From Iphione sp. A-MEVVRFRX5 (Eukaryota): 64,000 nucleotides of DNA. A program made the translations under genes and the position numbers. The notes beneath the pieces were generated by a model. That model searched no databases. It was not told the DNA's origin and saw nothing but the letters and a program-made list of their open reading frames with translations. Shown here piece by piece: positions 62,029 to 64,000 of this stretch. Location: positions 49,662,001 through 49,726,000 of the forward strand of contig OZ320323.1 in the NCBI GenBank assembly GCA_976226885.1, in the 5' to 3' direction. Within the stretch, counting starts at the first letter, position 1. Each line of letters starts with the position of its first letter.

Positions 62029-62947
62029 CTACAGGCAGCCTCGGTGACGGTGATGCATCTTGACATCATCATAGGTTTCTGGTTCTTGGGCGTCATGTAA
62101 GAGCTGTTCCACCAGCGAGTGCAGCTGCCGTGCCTTCTGCCACTCTGCCGCGTAGATCCCGCTCAGTAGGTCGTCATCGCACTTCCCTTGGCCCCTCCTC
62201 GAGCGTTTGCTTGGAACGGGATATGGCGGTGGTACGGGCCGCGCCATGTCTGGATGTTTCAGGTTGAAAATGAGCTGAGTTATTTGGAAGTGCAGCATGG
62301 ATCTCTGATCCTCTGTGAGACCGGCGGCATCTTCCATAAATCCGGCCCAAAATAACCATTTTGGATCTTGTGGCACGGCTAGCATATTCCTCTCTGATTT
62401 TTGGCCGTCGCATAAGATCTGTTTCATTGACTTCATCAGTCTGAGGAGCTGATCTGCCTGTCTCACTTGTGAAGCACAGTGCCTGCTCATTATGTCGTCA
62501 TTGTACTTCCCTTGGCCCCTCCTCAGACGTTTACTTGGACGGGGATACTGTGCAGGTGTGGACCGCACCATAGCTGGATATTTCAGGTTGAAAATCAGCT
62601 GAATCACTTGGAACTGCAGCTCGGATTTCTGCTCCTCCGTGAAACAGGCCGCCTCTTCCACAAATCCCTCCCAAAATGACCACTCGCGGTCTTGTGGCAC
62701 AGCCGGCACGCTCTCCTCTGATTCTTGCTCATCGTGCATCATATGCTCCAGTGACTGTCTCAGCTTGAGGAACTGCTTCCCCCGCCTCTCCTGTGAAGCG
62801 AAGTACCTGTGCATCGGGTCGTCGCTGTACTTTCCTTGGCCCCTCCTTAAACGTTTGCTTGAGCGGGGAAAGTGTGAGGGGGGCACCCACTTCTTTGGTG
62901 GCCTGGGCTCCAGCTCAGGCGATTCCGGCACATCAACCCACTGTGAT
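62029..62947 (-). CDS. Terminal coding exon with ~2.5 tandem 108-aa repeats containing a BESS-like motif
   Basis: Acceptor ctacctttcag (phase 2); SKR(L/S)RRGQGK recurs at exactly 324-bp spacing (62835, 62511, 62187); WxFWxGFxE...QF(Q/H)xxQLIFNLK; minus-strand AATAAA near 61560 and 61595. Confidence 0.82.
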
Positions 62948-63310
62948 CTGAAAGGTAGAGAGAAAAAAAATGTCACGATGCAGTAACAACATTCTCGCTT
63001 AAATCTATACAAGAACTCATTTATCTGTACAGCTATCAAATATTGAAACGCTATGCCAGAGAAGAACAAGAAGTCAGTCAAGCTGTCTGGGAAAAATATA
63101 TTTCCCATGTAGTTAAGCTTTATTAACATAGTTCTGAGAAAACCTCAAATGTATTTGAGAATCAAATCAAAATTCACTACTTTGAAGTCCCAGAAAGGTC
63201 CCTCGCTACGGTTCCACATTAGCCACACTATAGATTCATATTCAAGTTCTCCCAGTGGATAATGGCTAACTAATGTATGTTACGGTCTAAAAGTAAAGGA
63301 TAATCGACAA

Positions 63311-63483
63311 AGGTTCCTGTACCAAGAAGACCTCAGTGATGAGTGCCTGATGATACCAAGAACTCAGACAGAGGGGGAGCTAGTGGTGGCCAATTTCCAG
63401 AGATGGGGCTTCCAGGCTTTCCAAAAGAGAAGACCCCGAAATATTCTGGATCCCTCTCCTTCAATTACAGCAAACATCATTCG
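63311..63483 (+). pseudogene. Decayed PIF/Harbinger transposase fragment
   Basis: EDLSDECLMIPRTQTEGELVVANFQRWGF, then in a shifted frame KTPKYSGSLSFNYSKHHS, resembling Harbinger P..EEW..IA..F..RWNF and APPNSGSLYFNYK motifs (recalled); the intervening AIDG motif is missing. Confidence 0.6.
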
Positions 63484-64000
63484 CCTGACAATGTTCAAAC
63501 TATTTTTAGACATTCTGATATCCCCCAACTTCCAAACATCAAGAAAACCACACAAATTCTGTTTGTATTAAAATCGTATGGACTAAATACTACAAAATGT
63601 ATGTGAGCGCTCTCATGACTGACGTATGTATATTTGTGAATTTCAAGGACCTCCTCTGTATAGTTCTGATAGCTCTCCTTACCAATTACCAATTTCTGCA
63701 AAAGGGGCCATTATGGAAACAACAGCGATTGGGGGGGGGGGCATTTTGGAGTGAGTGCTACAGGCTGGAACCTGTGTCCACCTTTCACTCAAACAGAGTG
63801 GGGGGAGGGGGGGGGGGGTTACGGATCTTTGACCCTCAAACCTGGCAACATCGACTTGCCCAGACCAAGATCAAGTTAGTACAGGATACAAATACACGAA
63901 GAGAAACTACGTACTACAGCATAAGAAAGGGTGCAGATCGTTGGTACATGTATCTCACTGATATTGCCCCCCTCCCCTCCCTTAACCCGTGAGGTCTAAT

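Overview
AT-rich, repeat-dense animal genomic DNA with spliceosomal introns, four N-gaps and no prokaryotic features. The abundant TACATGTA motif and the MITE families suggest a marine invertebrate such as amphioxus (inference only). Most of the window is one minus-strand multi-exon gene reconstructed as RASEF/RAB45-like (EF-hands plus coiled coil; no Rab domain seen, it would lie left of base 1). Coiled-coil exons at 11301-11152, 9458-9368, 7633-7538, 6863-6679, 6328-6260 and 5879-5789 join in frame with canonical splice sites. Main observation: the common exon at 11301 appears to be fed by several alternative 5' modules that all end in intron phase 2. These are a distal two-exon EF-hand pair with canonical loops (38365-38140 plus 37648-37447), a proximal one-exon EF-hand pair with degenerate loops (31265-30865), an EF-less 35-codon first exon (18555-18449), and weaker EF-less candidates at 36660 and 33810. 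Local tandem duplications have copied splice sites of two RASEF exons. At the right end are two minus-strand terminal exons (a coiled-coil ORF and a 108-aa-repeat BESS-like ORF) beside a decayed PIF/Harbinger transposase fragment. The rest is MITEs, HINE/DINE-like elements, minisatellites and microsatellites. All splice models are sequence-only predictions without transcript data.
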